Made by a program: the position numbers and the translations under genes. From Mycoplasma mobile 163K (GTDB lineage: Bacteria > Bacillota_I > Bacilli_A > Mycoplasmatales > Metamycoplasmataceae), in contig NC_006908.1 in NCBI RefSeq assembly GCF_000008365.1, forward strand, positions 570,001 to 602,000: a DNA stretch of 32,000 nt. The letters are read 5' to 3'. Each line of letters begins with the position of its first letter. Position 1 is the first letter of the stretch. Positions 1 through 12,365 of this stretch are shown here, piece after piece. The notes beneath the pieces were generated by a model. That model was given only the letters and a program-made list of their open reading frames with translations, was not told the origin of the DNA and ran no database searches.

Positions 1-1247
1 AAAAATACAAAAAAAGAGTATCAAGAGATGAATACATTAAAAAGACAAATGAATTTTTCCAATTTCAAAACCAAACTAATTTATTAGAAATTGAATTAAA
101 GGAAAATATTAGAACTCTTTTACAAAGACAAGAAATTTTTACTCAAAGAAAATATCAAAAGGCTAAGACAACTTTTTTCTTTGAAACAACTAATGCTTAC
201 AAGCAAATTTTTGAAGATTTAGAAAATGCTAAGGAATTTATTCACTTGCATTTTTATATTATCAAAACAGGAGAAATATGGGAACATTTTCGAAAAATCA
301 TTACTAAAAAAAGATCTGAAGGTGTTGAAATAAGAATGATTGTAGATGATTTTGGTAATTGAAGTATGCCTAAGTCAGAAATTGATTATTTTAAAAAAAT
401 AGGAGTCCAAATAAAAATTTTCGGAAAAGTTTATTTTCCTTTTATTGGGAGTGATAATGGTTTTAGAACTCACAGAAAAATTGTTATTATTGATGGAAAA
501 ATTTTACATACAGGTGGAATGAATTTATCTGATGAATATGCTAGTCTTAGTAAAACATATGGTTATTGAATAGATATTAATTTAAAAATTGAAGGAAACT
601 TTGTTCAACAATATTCACTACTATTTTTATATGACTGATTTAGTTTTACAAAAGAAAAATTAGATGTAAATAAATATGCAAAATTAAATTCTACAGAAAA
701 TAACAATTCAGAAATAATTTTAATTGAAGATTCCCCAGAAAATGATGAGCCTATTTTAGAAGAAAGTTTAATAACTTGAATTGAAAATTCAAATAAAAAA
801 ATCACAATAAGTACCCCATATTTTATTCCGACTTTTAGGTTATTTTTAGCAATTAAAAAAGCTTTAATGTCTGGTGTTGAAGTAGAAATTTTTTTACCAG
901 GACAAGCTGATAAAAAATATGTCTATGTTGTTAGTTTATACTATGCTAAGAAAATTGCAAAATATGGAGCAAAAATAATGATTTTGAATAATGTTTTCTT
1001 ACATTCTAAAACAGCACTTTTTGACCAAGAATTGAGTTATATCGGAACAATGAATATAGACACAAGAAGCCTTTATTCACAATACGAAACAACAAATTTA
1101 TTTTTAGATAAAGATAGTATTCAAAAACTTGAAAAGAATTTTAATGATTATAGAAATATTTCAACACTATTAAAAATTAAAAAATCAAGTAAAATTCTTG
1201 AATTTTTCATTGGAATTTTTGCTAAATTATTCAGTCCTTTGATGTAA
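1..1247 (+). CDS. cls: cardiolipin synthase (phospholipase D / HKD family), N-terminus outside the window
   Basis: Frame 3 (codons at 3, 6, ...) is open from the window edge to TAA 1245-1247 when the four in-frame TGA (360, 567, 636, 777) are read as Trp. Two HKD motifs are visible: HRKIVIIDGKILHTGGMNLSDEY and LHSKTALFDQELSYIGTMNIDTRS. Confidence 0.85.
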
Positions 1248-1249
1248 TT

Positions 1250-1906
1250 TTAAACAACTCAAGGTGCAAAAATCAATATCGCAACAACAATATGAGTGAT
1301 AATCAAAAGTAGAAGAGAAACTTTTTTGTTTATCAAAATAAAAGATTCAATAATTACAAGAGGTACTCAAGCAATCAAAACTCAAAATCTTCATCCTACA
1401 AAAAATGAATTAGAAGGATTTACTAAACCTACATAAACTTGACCGTTAAAAATAACATTAGGAAAACTTGCGCCAATGAATAATTGAACGGCTAAAGCCA
1501 CTAGAATTGCTGAAATTGCAGGCCTTAGAAAAACAATAGCATTTTTTAAATAAATATTAGTTGAAGATTTTTTAACAAATTTCATTCCTAAAAGCATAAA
1601 TAAAATTGCAGGTAAAGTAAAAATTACATATGTGAGTAACATAGATAATCAACCTCATCAAGCACCATTTGCAACAATGAATCCTGTAAAAAGAGCAAAT
1701 TGAGTTGATACAACTCCAGGAGTTGCATTAGCTGCAGTTATCATCGCATCCATTTGTTCATTTAAAGCTTGTAATTTGATTCCAGAAAATTGACCCATTA
1801 ATGTTCATAATGATCTAAATAGAGGAATAAAAACTTGTCCACCACCAAAAACAATCATCGAAATAATAAAAACGCCAACAATCGAAACACCTAAAGCAAT
1901 AAACAT
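1250..1906 (-). CDS. CHR-family (chromate ion transporter-like) short-chain membrane protein, downstream partner
   Basis: Hand translation runs from ATG 1906-1904 to TAA 1252-1250 (218 aa) with several TGA=Trp; the track shows only the 1391..1642 fragment. The N-terminus MFIALGVSIVGVFIISMIVFGGGQVFIPLFRSLW and the hydrophobic body fit short CHR proteins. Confidence 0.65.
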
Positions 1907-2559
1907 TATTTTATCTCCTCTTCTTTTGAAAAATTTGAAATATTTTTCTTTGTTTTTGATTTTCTCTTTTGTCTAAAAAATTCAAAAATAAAAACACTTA
2001 ATAAAATAAACACTAATACAAGAGCTGAAATATTATATGGTGAAGGAATAAAAAAACTAAAAGCAAAGGTGAAAATAAAAATTAAAAACCAAATTGGAAA
2101 AGACAATTCCTTTCTACTAGTTTTATAATACTGATATGAAAAAGCTAAAACCACTCCAATTATCAAAGGAATTACAGCAGTAGAAATAACTAATAATCAA
2201 TTTCTATTTATTGATCCTAAAGATATAAAAATACCTAAAGCAAAAAAAATAGAAGGTAAATTTGCAATTAAACAAACCATAGTACCTTTAAATTTTCCAA
2301 GTAGTTTAATTGAAACATAACTTAAAGCCTGAATAACACTTGGTCCTGGAATTAAATTTACTGTAATTACTAAATCATCAAATTCTGATATTGTTAATCA
2401 TTCATATTTATCTACAGAATATTTTTTTATTATTGGCATTAAAGCATTTCCACCACCAAAACCTACAAAAGTAACAATTAAGATGAACAAAAAAACATTA
2501 AAAACTGTTGGTTGTTTTTTGTAATTATTTTCATCTTGGATTTTATTTTTTCTCTTCAT
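1906..2559 (-). CDS. CHR-family (chromate ion transporter-like) short-chain membrane protein, upstream partner
   Basis: Runs from ATG 2559-2557 to TAA 1908-1906 (217 aa). The N-terminus reads MKRKNKIQDENNYKKQPTVFNVFLFILIVTFVGFGGGNALMPII. Its stop overlaps the partner's start (TAATG). The track shows only the 1906..2166 fragment. Confidence 0.65.
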
Positions 2560-2651
2560 ACAAATCTCTTAATAATAATACACAAAAAATTAAATAGAAT
2601 TTTAATAGCTATTTGAATTAATATTTTTAAATGTCTTGATAAAAATAAAAG

Positions 2652-2659
2652 TGTATAAT
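2652..2659 (+). promoter_or_regulatory. candidate extended -10 promoter (TGTATAAT) for the 2721 membrane-protein gene
   Basis: TGTATAAT at 2652-2659 lies about 60 nt upstream of ATG 2721, which is preceded by AAAGGAAAAG. Sequence pattern only. Confidence 0.3.
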
Positions 2660-2720
2660 GATATTGTTATATAAATAATAACTTATATAATAAACTTAGC
2701 TATACGCTAGAAAGGAAAAG

Positions 2721-4034
2721 ATGAATAATTTTTTAAGAAAAATTAAATTTCTCGGAAAAGACACTGAAATTTCTATTGCAAAAACTAAAAAATACAAAAT
2801 TGGAATTATTTATGGTGTATTTGTAGGTATTATTTTTGGAATCATTCCAATAGTGACTATTCTTAACAATACACAAATCTACGAATCACTAAGATTAAGT
2901 CAACAATTTGTTAGTGTTAATGCAATGAATTCAATAGCTAGAGGTGCTTCAATATCTGCTTTTAATGATATGTGAACATTTTTGCTAAATGGTTTACTTT
3001 TATTAGTTTTACCTGGAATGGCTAAAAATTGAAAGAAAGTAAAGGATTTAATAAAAACTAAAGCTGGATTTTATACTTTATTAGCAGGCCTTTTTGGCGG
3101 GCCATTAGGAAATACTTTTTTCTTTGCTGTATTTGTTTTACTATCTCCTTCAATTGGAAGTGTTTTTTTTGTTCTAGAAATGGTTTTTTCAGCAGGAGTA
3201 GGAATAATAATTTTTAAGAGAAAAATCGGAAAAAGAGTTTGATATGGACTTGGATTGATGACACTTTTAATAGTATTTATGCTTGTTGCTCAAACAATTG
3301 CTGTTGGAGGCACAAATTCAAATGTTATTGCAGGTTCTATTTTAGGAACTATTGCAATAGCTTGTTATACTGCAGAGGCTTTAATTGTAGATAGAGCTGT
3401 TTCAATTAACAAAATAAAAGGAATTAATGGACTTCACTTTTTACAATTAAAAGCAATTTCTTCAACTGTTTTTGGAATTTTAATTTTGATTCCTCTAACA
3501 AGTGGAATTTTTGGAATAATGTTTCAAGGAGTATTTCCAGATGTGCAAAATTCAGCAAATATAGTTGATATAAATGTTGTGAATAATGTAAATAATTTAG
3601 GAGGGATTTCTAATATTAATGCGATTACTGGATATTTAGCTTTTGCAAAACTTTTTACAGTTATGAGTTTTCCGATAGCTTTTGTAGGTTCACTATTGTT
3701 ATTTGCTGGTAGGATTTCATTTTATAATGCAATTGAAAAAACAGGGGCAACTTTAACAAATACTCTATTTCAAATTCAAGTAATTGTTACTCCTATAATT
3801 GGGGGGATTCTTTTTGGAATTAGTCAAGCTTTAGGTGTCGAAAGTATTGGAGGCGGAGATGCTATATATGTGAAAATTTCTCTTGAAAATCAACTTTGAT
3901 TTCAACCACTATTTTGAACTTTATCTATATTAGTATTAATTTCTGCTTGGTTTGTTTCTTTAAATAAAATTCCAATAAACAGACTAAAAGAAAATACTGA
4001 ATTTATTAAAAAAACTTTAGTTCCTAAAAATTAA
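2721..4034 (+). CDS. polytopic integral membrane protein, possibly a DMT/EamA-like permease
   Basis: Fragments 2721..2975 and 3255..3899 share one frame. Reading TGA as Trp gives ATG 2721 to TAA 4032-4034 (437 aa). The protein has about ten hydrophobic segments, e.g. GPLGNTFFFAVFVLLSPSIGSVFFVLEMVFSAGVGIIIF. The family assignment is weak. Confidence 0.55.
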
Positions 4035-4041
4035 TTAAAAA

Positions 4042-4079
4042 ATATAAATAAAAGCACTAAATTGTGCTTTTATTTATAT
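4042..4079. terminator. bidirectional intrinsic terminator between convergent genes
   Basis: Perfect 16-bp inverted repeat: ATATAAATAAAAGCAC (4042-4057) and GTGCTTTTATTTATAT (4064-4079), with a 6-nt loop. It sits between the stop at 4034 (+) and the parC stop at 4082 (-). Confidence 0.6.
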
Positions 4080-4081
4080 TT

Positions 4082-6658
4082 TTACTTTTTCTTTTTAATA
4101 ATTGAATCAACATCAAATAAAGGAATCTTATTGATTTTGCTTAAAGCATTATCTACAATTTGATCATCTTCAAATTTTAAATTTTGTTTATCTTTTTCAA
4201 GTTTTACTTTTTGTTCAGGAATTAAATTTTCAATAGGATGTTTTAACTTATTCGAAATTAATTTTGAATTATCTCCTAAAGAAATAGCGCCATAAATTCC
4301 TTTTGTATGTAAATTTGTAAAGGATTCTGTTTCAGAAATTTCTTTTGTATTAATTGTAACAATTGAATCAGTTGTTCTTATTGCTAAATCCACATTATCA
4401 TTAAGATTAAAAATATATTTAATAATTTTCCCACTTGGTTTTGCTGATGTACTTAAAAATGTTTTGATTGATTTTTGATTTAAAATATCCACTTTTTTCG
4501 GATTTATTTTTCTTGCATGTCCACTTTCAGTCAAAAACACTAAAGTATCATTTTGACTATAAGCAATAGCAGCGCTAATTTCAAATTTAGTAGCATTATC
4601 AGAAATTTTTACACCAGCTGCTTTAATTCCGTAAGTTTTAAAATCATTTTCACTGAATTTATAAACTTCTAATTTTGTATTAACTAACAAAATATCTAAA
4701 CGATCATTAGTAATAAAAGCATTTAAAAGTTCATCACCATCTTTTTTAAATTTAATTGCTGGATAGGATTTATTTTCTCTACTCACTTCAAATTCAGGTA
4801 ATTGAACTTTTTTTCCAAAACCTTTTTTTGTAATCAAAGTAATTGAAAAATCTTTTGAAAAATCATCAACATATAAAACTTTTATTAAAAATTCATTTGG
4901 CAAAAGAGTCGCAAAATCGTTTAAATGAATTCCTAAATTTTTTCATTTCTCTTCTGCAATTTTAAAAATTGGAATAGAAATATAGTTTCCTTGATTTGTA
5001 AAAATTAGTAATTTCCCTGTTGTTAGAGTTTTACTTAAGAAAATCAAAGCATCATCTTCTTTTAATAAATATGTTTGCATTTCATTTGAATCATGAATTT
5101 TTTGATTAAATCTTTTGATGTATCCATCTCTTGAAATTCCTACAAATGTTTCTTCTGCTTGAATTAAATCAGATAATGAAACATCTAGTTTTAAGGCCTG
5201 ATCTTTAATTTCAGTTTTTCTTGGGGTTGCATAAGTTTTTTTGATGTCTTTAAAAATTTTAATCAATTCAGCATTAAATTCACTTTCACTACTTAGAAGT
5301 GTTTTTAAAAAATTAATTCTAGTTTCTAGTTCTTGCTTTTCTTTTATAAATTCTTCAACATCAGTTTTACTTAATCTATACAATCTTAAATTAGCAATTG
5401 ATTCAGCTTGAATTTCACTAAAATTAAAAATTTTTATTAAGTTTTCAACTACACCTACTTTTGAGCCTTCACTTTTACGAATCATTTCAATAACTTGATC
5501 ACTAATTTCAGTTAATTTTATAAATCCTTCAATAATTTCTAATCTTTTTGACAATTTTTCTAGTTCAAAATTAATTTTATTAGTTTGGATGACTTTAACA
5601 TGGTCTAAAAAGGCTTGAATTAAATCATGTAAATTCATCAAAACAGGTGCATTATTATGAATGGCAATGTTGTTATATGAATAATAAAGTTGCAATTCTG
5701 TTTTTTGCATTAAAAATTTCATAATTTTAGAAGCGTCTGCACCTGCTTCAAGATCGATTACAATTTTTATTCCATCACGGTTAGTTTCATCTCTTACTTC
5801 GTTCATTCCACCAATATTTTTATCTAAATTAATTTCGTCAATTTGTCTAACTAATTTTGACTTAACAACACCATAAGGAATTTCTGTAATTACAATTTGA
5901 TTTTTATGAACTTCATACTTTGAAGTAATTGTAATTCTTCCTCTTCCACTAAAAGCAGCTTCTTTTATTCCATCAATTCCATAAATAATTCCACCAGTAG
6001 GAAAATCAGGCCCTTTAATAATTGTGTTTAGAGTTTCTATTTTAATATTAGGATTTTTGATTTTGGCAATAATTCCATCAATTACTTCACCTAAATTATG
6101 AGGAGGAATTTCTGTAGCAAAACCTGCGGCAATTCCTCTTGCTCCATTAACTAATAAATTTGGAAAAAAAGCAGGTAAAACTGTGGGTTCTTTTTCACTA
6201 TCATCAAAATTTAATGAAAAAGAAACAGTATCACTTTTAATATCACTTAATAAAAGAGAGCTAATTTTGCTTAAACGTGCTTCTGTATAACGCATAGCAG
6301 CAGCTGGATCATCATCAATACTTCCAATATTTCCATGCATTTGAATTAGAGGAACATTCATTTTTCATTCTTGAGACATTCTTACCATAGCTTCATAAAT
6401 ACTACTATCACCATGAGGATGGTATTTACCAATAACATCTCCAACAACTCTTGCTGATTTTTTAAAAGGCTTTTCACTAGTTAGACCTAATTCATGCATT
6501 GAATATAAAATTCTTCTTTGTACAGGTTTAAGCCCATCTCTTACATCTGGTAAAGCTCTTTGTTGGATGATATATTTAGCATATACTCCATAACGATTCG
6601 ACATAATGCCATCAAGAGATTGTAATAAAAATTTATCTTTTAGTTCGTTGGTTTTCAT
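4082..6658 (-). CDS. parC: DNA topoisomerase IV subunit A
   Basis: Fragments 4082..4903, 4943..6361 and 6365..6658 share one frame, giving 858 aa with TGA=Trp. The N-terminus has [26 protein letters not shown] and [18 protein letters not shown]-(TGA=W)-K, where the TGA falls in an SQxWK context that I recall (from memory) as carrying a conserved Trp in ParC. I saw no GyrA-box (QRRGGKG-like) before the C-terminal domain, which favours ParC over GyrA. Confidence 0.8.
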
Positions 6659-6788
6659 TTAGTTCCTTATATTATTGTTGTACTAATACATTATATTATT
6701 TTACACCAAGTAAATATCTTTTAAAATTTTCATTTGATTGATTTAAACACAAAACAAAGATTATTCTAAAACAAAATTAGAAATAAAA

Positions 6789-6794
6789 TATAAT
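6789..6794 (+). promoter_or_regulatory. candidate -10 box (TATAAT) for mod/res
   Basis: TATAAT at 6789-6794, followed by AAAGGA (6805-6810) and ATG 6815. Sequence pattern only. Confidence 0.3.
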
Positions 6795-6814
6795 AAAGTA
6801 AAATAAAGGAAAAA

Positions 6815-8464
6815 ATGTCAAAAAAAGAAAAAATAATAGAGAAAATTAAAGCTTATGATAGATCATATTTTAATGATGATCAAAAAATAATTGCAATAGA
6901 AATTATTAAAAATTGTCCAGAAAAAGAAGTTCAATCTTATTTTGATTTTATTCAGTTTAAAAGAAATACAGGATTCGTATTTGATTATGCACCAGAAATT
7001 GCAAAAGGGAGGTTAATAACTTTAAGGGAAAATGTTGGAAAAAGAATTAATGTTTTTAACGAAATTCAAAATGATGAAAATAAATTAATTATTGGAGATA
7101 ATTATAATGCATTAAAGTCACTTAAAATTACTCATAAAGGCAAAATTAATATAATTTATATAGATCCTCCTTACAATACAGAATCTGCTCTAAAAGACGG
7201 AAATAGTTCATCAAAAGAAAAAATTACTTCTACATCTAAATTTGCATATAAAGATAAATTTGGACGTGGAGGATGACTTAATATGATAAACGAAAGATTA
7301 ATTTTAGCAAAAGATCTTTTAACAGATGAAGGTTTAATTTTTGTTTCAATTGATGATTCTGAACAAGCTTATTTAAAAGTTTTAATGGATAATATATTTG
7401 GAGAAGATAATTTTGTAAATCAAATTGCTTGAGTGTCTAATAAAAAAGGAAGGCAAATTTCTAATTCTCTTTTAGCAAAAACTTATGAATATATTCTTAT
7501 ATATAGTAAAAATTCTGATAAAGAATTTAAATTTAATAAATTAGATCAAGAATATGCAAAAAAAATTATGCCATCTATTTACGAAAAAACAGATTATGAA
7601 ATTATGAGAGATGAATATGGGGAATTTGTGATAAAGAATGAACTTCATAATTCGAACATAAAAGCTTTTAACATAAATACAAGAAAAAATCTATTTTTTC
7701 CCTTATTTATTATTGAAAATGAAATTTTCACAAATGATACAAAAAATAGAAATCAAAAAATTGTTTTTCCACCAAAAAATCAGGAAGGGTTACAAGGTGT
7801 TTGAAGATGATCAAAAGAGAAAATTGAAAATAGCAAGCAAGATTTATATATTGATGAAAAAAATAACCAAATAAAAATATATACAAAAATAAGAGACATG
7901 AGCATTTTTCCAAAAGACGTAATCTTATCTCCAAAAATTTCTACAAAATCAGGTACTTCAGAATTTTTGCAAATTTTTGAAGAAGAAAAATTTCAGTATC
8001 CAAAACCAGTAGAATTATTAAAATTTTTAATAAAAATATCAGGGAATAAAAATTCAATAGTATTAGATTTTTTTGCAGGTTCAGGAACAACAGGTCAAGC
8101 TGTTCTAGAGTTAAATAAAGAGGATGGGGGTAATAGAAATTTTATTCTTTGTACAAATAATGAAAATAATATTGCTGAAGAGATATCTTATGAAAGGTTA
8201 TTTAGAATAATTACAGGTAAAACAACAGATGGAAATAAAAAATTTAAATGATTAGATAAAAATGAACCTTTCTATGGTGCAAAATTAAGGGTAATAAATA
8301 TTGATGATAGTATTAAAATTTCTTTGAATGATCAAGTTTCTGAAAATGTTTATTATGACTGTGTAAAAGGTTTAAAATTACTAAATAACAATTACAACAA
8401 AGAAGGTTTAGAATTGTTTTATGATCTTTCTGCTCTTAATCCAATTAACGAGGAAGTTGTTTAA
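6815..8464 (+). CDS. mod: Type III restriction-modification DNA methyltransferase (Mod, beta-class N6A/N4C MTase)
   Basis: Fragments 6815.., 7433.. and 7898.. share one frame, giving 549 aa and TAA 8462-8464. Motif IV (IIYIDPPYNT) precedes motif I (VLDFFAGSGTTGQA), with a variable middle region as in Type III Mod. The stop overlaps the res start (TAATG). Confidence 0.85.
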
Positions 8465-10722
8465 TGAAGTTAACAAACTCACAAAAAAATGCAGTTATTA
8501 AATTATTTAATGCATTTGAAAAAAGATTTGAAAATAAATTTTCTTCTTTTAAAGCACCTACTGGTTCTGGTAAAACTTTTATGATATCTTCGCTAATTTC
8601 CGAAATTTTTAGTTCTGAAATTTTAAAAGAGAGAAAAACAATTTGTGTTATTGCAACTATTTCAAGTTCCAAACTTCCAGAATCTTTTGCTAATAAAATG
8701 GAAGAGTACAAAGAATTTCATAAATTTGATGACTATACAATCGAACATATTGTTTCTCCTTCAAATAGTGATTTTAAAGGTGAAGAAGTTAAAGAATTCA
8801 ATTTAAAAAATAATAAAGTTTTTGTTTTTGGTGTTTCTTCTTTTGGAAAAAAAACAATTTTTTTTCAAAGAAATATTTTGAATAATTTTTTAACAGAAAT
8901 AAAAGACAAGAATTATCAATTGATTTTCATTAGAGATGAAGCGCATATTGGATGAAATGAAAAAGGCGATAAAGAAGAAAAAAGTAAATATGAAAAGGCT
9001 GAATACAAAAAATTTGATGAAAAAATGAAAGAGGCAGCTGATTTTATTATAGAGATGACAGCTACACCTAAAAATAGTTTAAATTTGATCGAAATAAAAG
9101 AAAAGGATTTGGAAAATGATGATGTTTTTTTACTCAAATATGAAAAAGATACTTTGCCTTTATTTGATGAAAACATAACTAATGAAATATTAATTGATAA
9201 GGCTATTGAAGAATTTAAAAAATCAAAAAAAGCATACCAAGATAAAATCAAAAATGATGTTATAAATCCAGCGATGCTTGTTCAAATCACTAATGATTCT
9301 GAAATAAACAAAGAAAAGAGCCTTCTTTTTAAAGAAGGATTAGAATTATTAGAAAAAAAACTAACAAATGCTGGGTTAAAATATTTAAAATATATTGATA
9401 ATTCTCCTATAGTTGTGAATACAAAAGCACCAAATACATTGAAATATGCATCAAAGCCTGATTCAGAAATAGATGTAATAATTTTTAAAGTAGGGCCTGC
9501 AATAGGATGAGATATTCCAAGAGCTAATACATTATTACAATTGAGAAATGTTTCTTCTGAAACTTTAAATACTCAAACAATTGGAAGAATTAGAAGAAAT
9601 CCTATCCGTAATTTAGAATGAAATAGTGAAGCAAATAAATACTATCTATGATCTAATTATCAAATTCCTACTAGAGAATCTCATAACTATAAGTTAAAAG
9701 AAAAATTTGAAAATATTCATTTTTTTTCAGGATATATTGAAACCAAAAATAAAAGGGAAATGTCCGATTGAAAAAATTATGAAAAAGATGTGAATGATTA
9801 CATAGAAAATGAATTTTATGAAATTATTGATAATTTTCAAAATGAAAATGTTGTTATATACAGTGGAATAGTTAGTAATAGTAACTATAAAGTGCCCTAT
9901 AGAAATATGATTTCTTTAAAAATAGATAATATTAAAAGAAAAGATGACTTGGAAAAATATAGATTAGAATTATTTGAAGAAAAATTAATACAAATTTCAA
10001 ATAAATTAAATAGAAATATTGAAATTATTAAATATGTTTTTTATCTTAATCACGAAAAATTAAAAAAAATATATATTGAAAATATCAAGTGAATATTTGA
10101 AAAGGAGTCATATAAAATAAAAAATGAAATTACTCCATTGAAAAGATATTCAATATGAAATCCAAATTCAAATAAAAATTACTTGAGTACAAAAGAAATT
10201 GAAAATTATGGTTACATTCAAATCACTTCCGAAAAGGAATCTGAATTATTTCAAGTTTTTGATTCGAAACCTGAAAGATTTTTTTTTGAAAAATTTAAAA
10301 ATTTTTTAAAAGATGAAAAAGTTGAAGATGTTAAATTTTTTGCAAAAATGCCTACATTAGGATCTCAAATATATTTTGAATATCCTTCTTCTGAAACAGG
10401 TGATATTGCAAAATCTTTCATGGATTTTGCAATAAAAATTTACAACAAGGAAAAAAAACAAGAAAAAACTATTATGATTGAAAGTAAATCTGGAAAGAAT
10501 GATTATAACGAACAAAAAACAAAAGATTTGTTAAATGCATATAGAATGTATACAAATAATTTTCCTGATTCTAATCTTCATTTAATTTTACATAAATATT
10601 ATGATGAGGGGATACATGAATTTTTATCATTTAAAAACGATAAAAAAATAGAACTTAAAATAGAGGAAAATACAACTAAAAATTTCAAAGATTTTTTTAA
10701 ACAAATTATTTCTCAAAATTAA
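8464..10722 (+). CDS. res: Type III restriction endonuclease Res subunit (SF2 helicase plus PD-ExK nuclease)
   Basis: Four fragments (8464, 9025, 9790, 10183) share one frame, giving 752 aa. It carries Walker A (KAPTGSGKT), a DEAH box (IRDEAHIGW), GWDIPRA, motif VI (QTIGRIRR) and a C-terminal nuclease-like motif (SFMDFAIKI...TIMIESKSG). Confidence 0.8.
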
Positions 10723-10744
10723 AAACACCTTAAAAGGTGTTTTT
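10721..10744. terminator. bidirectional intrinsic terminator between res and pepA
   Basis: AAAAACACC (10721-10729) pairs with GGTGTTTTT (10736-10744) around the loop TTAAAA. A- and T-runs flank it on both sides. It lies between the res stop (10722) and the pepA stop (10755). Confidence 0.6.
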
Positions 10745-10754
10745 AATTTTTAAA

Positions 10755-12134
10755 TTATTTTCCCATTAAGGCTAATTCGACTAAAGTTTTTACCATTGGA
10801 CCTTTAGGTTTATTACCAGATTCTGCTGTACCTGCAATATCAATATGAATATAATCTTTATCTTCAGTAAATTCTTTCAAAAACATTGCCGCAGAAGAAG
10901 AACCTGCACTTCCACTTAAATCTGTATTAATTAAATCAGCATATTCTGATTTTCTGATTCCTTCAGCAAAATCTTCATGTAAAGGCATTCTTCAAACATT
11001 TTCTTCTTGAATTGTTGCGGCTTTAGCAAATTTATCTCAATCTGAATCTTTAGTTGTTCAAACACCTGTGTAAGTATTTCCTAAAGCATATTTCATGGCT
11101 CCTGTTAAAGTTGAAATATCAATTAATTTTGTTGCTCCAAGATTTCTAATTGCATAAGTTAATCCATCAGCCATTACTAATCTACCTTCTGCATCAGTAT
11201 TATTTACTTCAACAGTTTTACCATTCATAGATTTTCAAATAGCATCTGGTAAATTAGCATCACCATTTACTCTATTGTCTGTAATTGTTAAAACAGCAGA
11301 AAAGTTTGCTTTAGCTTCAAGTTGACTTAAAGCATGAATTGCAGCAGCTGAAATAATTGCTCCGGACATATCATATTTCATTCCGATCATTGCTGCTGCA
11401 GGTTTTAAACTATATCCTCCAGAATCAAAAGTAATTCCTTTACCCACAATAACAGTTTTTTCTTCAGAACTTGGATTTCCTCTATATTCTAAAACAACAA
11501 CTCTTGGTTCATATTTAGATCCTTTATTAACAGCAAGTAATAGATTCATTCCTAAATTTGTAATTTCTGTTTTGTTCAAAACTTTAACAATAACATTTGG
11601 CAAATGTTCATTTGTAAATGTTTCTATTTCACTAGCTAGAAATTCACTATTACAAATATTAGGTGGCATAGCTTGGTATTTTCTTGCATAATTGACAGCT
11701 TTAGCTAAAATTTCTGTTTTGCTAATTTCTTTTTCAAGTTCTTGTGAATAATTTTTTGGTTCTAAAAACACTTCTAGATCAGGTTTTTTACTTGATTTAG
11801 AAGTTTTGTTAATATATAAATCTCCAAATTTAAAAATATATGCATCTAAAGTTTTAGTAACTAAATATTCTAAAGAAACCTCTTCATTTATCATTTCGTT
11901 AAAATTTATAATTGCTGCTCTTTTTTCTAAATAAGAAAGAATTGCTTGAATTGCTTTTTTGGCTCTATCTTTATTGAATTTAGATTTATTCCCTAGATAA
12001 ATATAAGCTTTATTTTCATTAAAAAATTCTGTTATTTCATACTTTTTAGCTATTAAGTATTCTTTTTCTGAATTTTTGAAAATTCCTGTAATTTGAAATG
12101 AAGACTTTTCAATTGATTTTAAAATTTTGAACAT
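10755..12134 (-). CDS. pepA: leucyl aminopeptidase (M17 family)
   Basis: Fragments 10755..10988 and 11235..12134 share one frame (459 aa). The bridging segment encodes [36 protein letters not shown], the M17 signature. [15 protein letters not shown] is also present. Confidence 0.9.
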
Positions 12135-12324
12135 TGTTTCTCCCTAAGAATTATTTGTTTGATTTTTGACTTTAAATTTAAATTTTTAATAAATGTAATC
12201 ATCAAAATAAGTTTACCAAAATTTAAACTTTATTAGCGATAATATTAAATTCAAAAAAATTAAAAATATTAAAAATTTTAGCAAAAAAAATATTTAAAAA
12301 AAATTTCATTATTTATAATAATTT

Positions 12325-12332
12325 TGTATAAT
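12325..12332 (+). promoter_or_regulatory. candidate extended -10 promoter (TGTATAAT) for the tRNA cluster
   Basis: TGTATAAT at 12325-12332, about 34 nt upstream of the first tRNA (12366). Sequence pattern only. Confidence 0.35.
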
Positions 12333-12365
12333 GATTAAGCATATTTGCAAACATTATTCCAAATT

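Noticed and set aside
605-805. 66-aa ORF antisense to cls
   Set aside because: It is antisense to a well-supported gene and low in complexity. The same reasoning applies to the other antisense or overlapping track ORFs at 7728-7934, 8445-8711, 8916-9251, 13164-13355, 16972-17274, 21486-21698, 22949-23158 and 28400-28603.
4082-6658. Possibility that this gene is gyrA rather than parC
   Set aside because: It has PVQRRILY and [10 protein letters not shown], a Trp (TGA) in the SQxWK context, and no recognisable GyrA box ahead of the C-terminal domain. ParC is more likely, though only alignment can settle the question.
8847-8865. A8 and T8 tracts here, plus a T9 tract at 10279-10287 inside res, as possible phase-variation switches
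   Set aside because: Homopolymers of the same length occur in housekeeping genes in this window (for example two T8 runs at 14735-14742 and 14759-14766). They are therefore background for this AT-rich genome. No long simple-sequence repeat is present in or upstream of mod.
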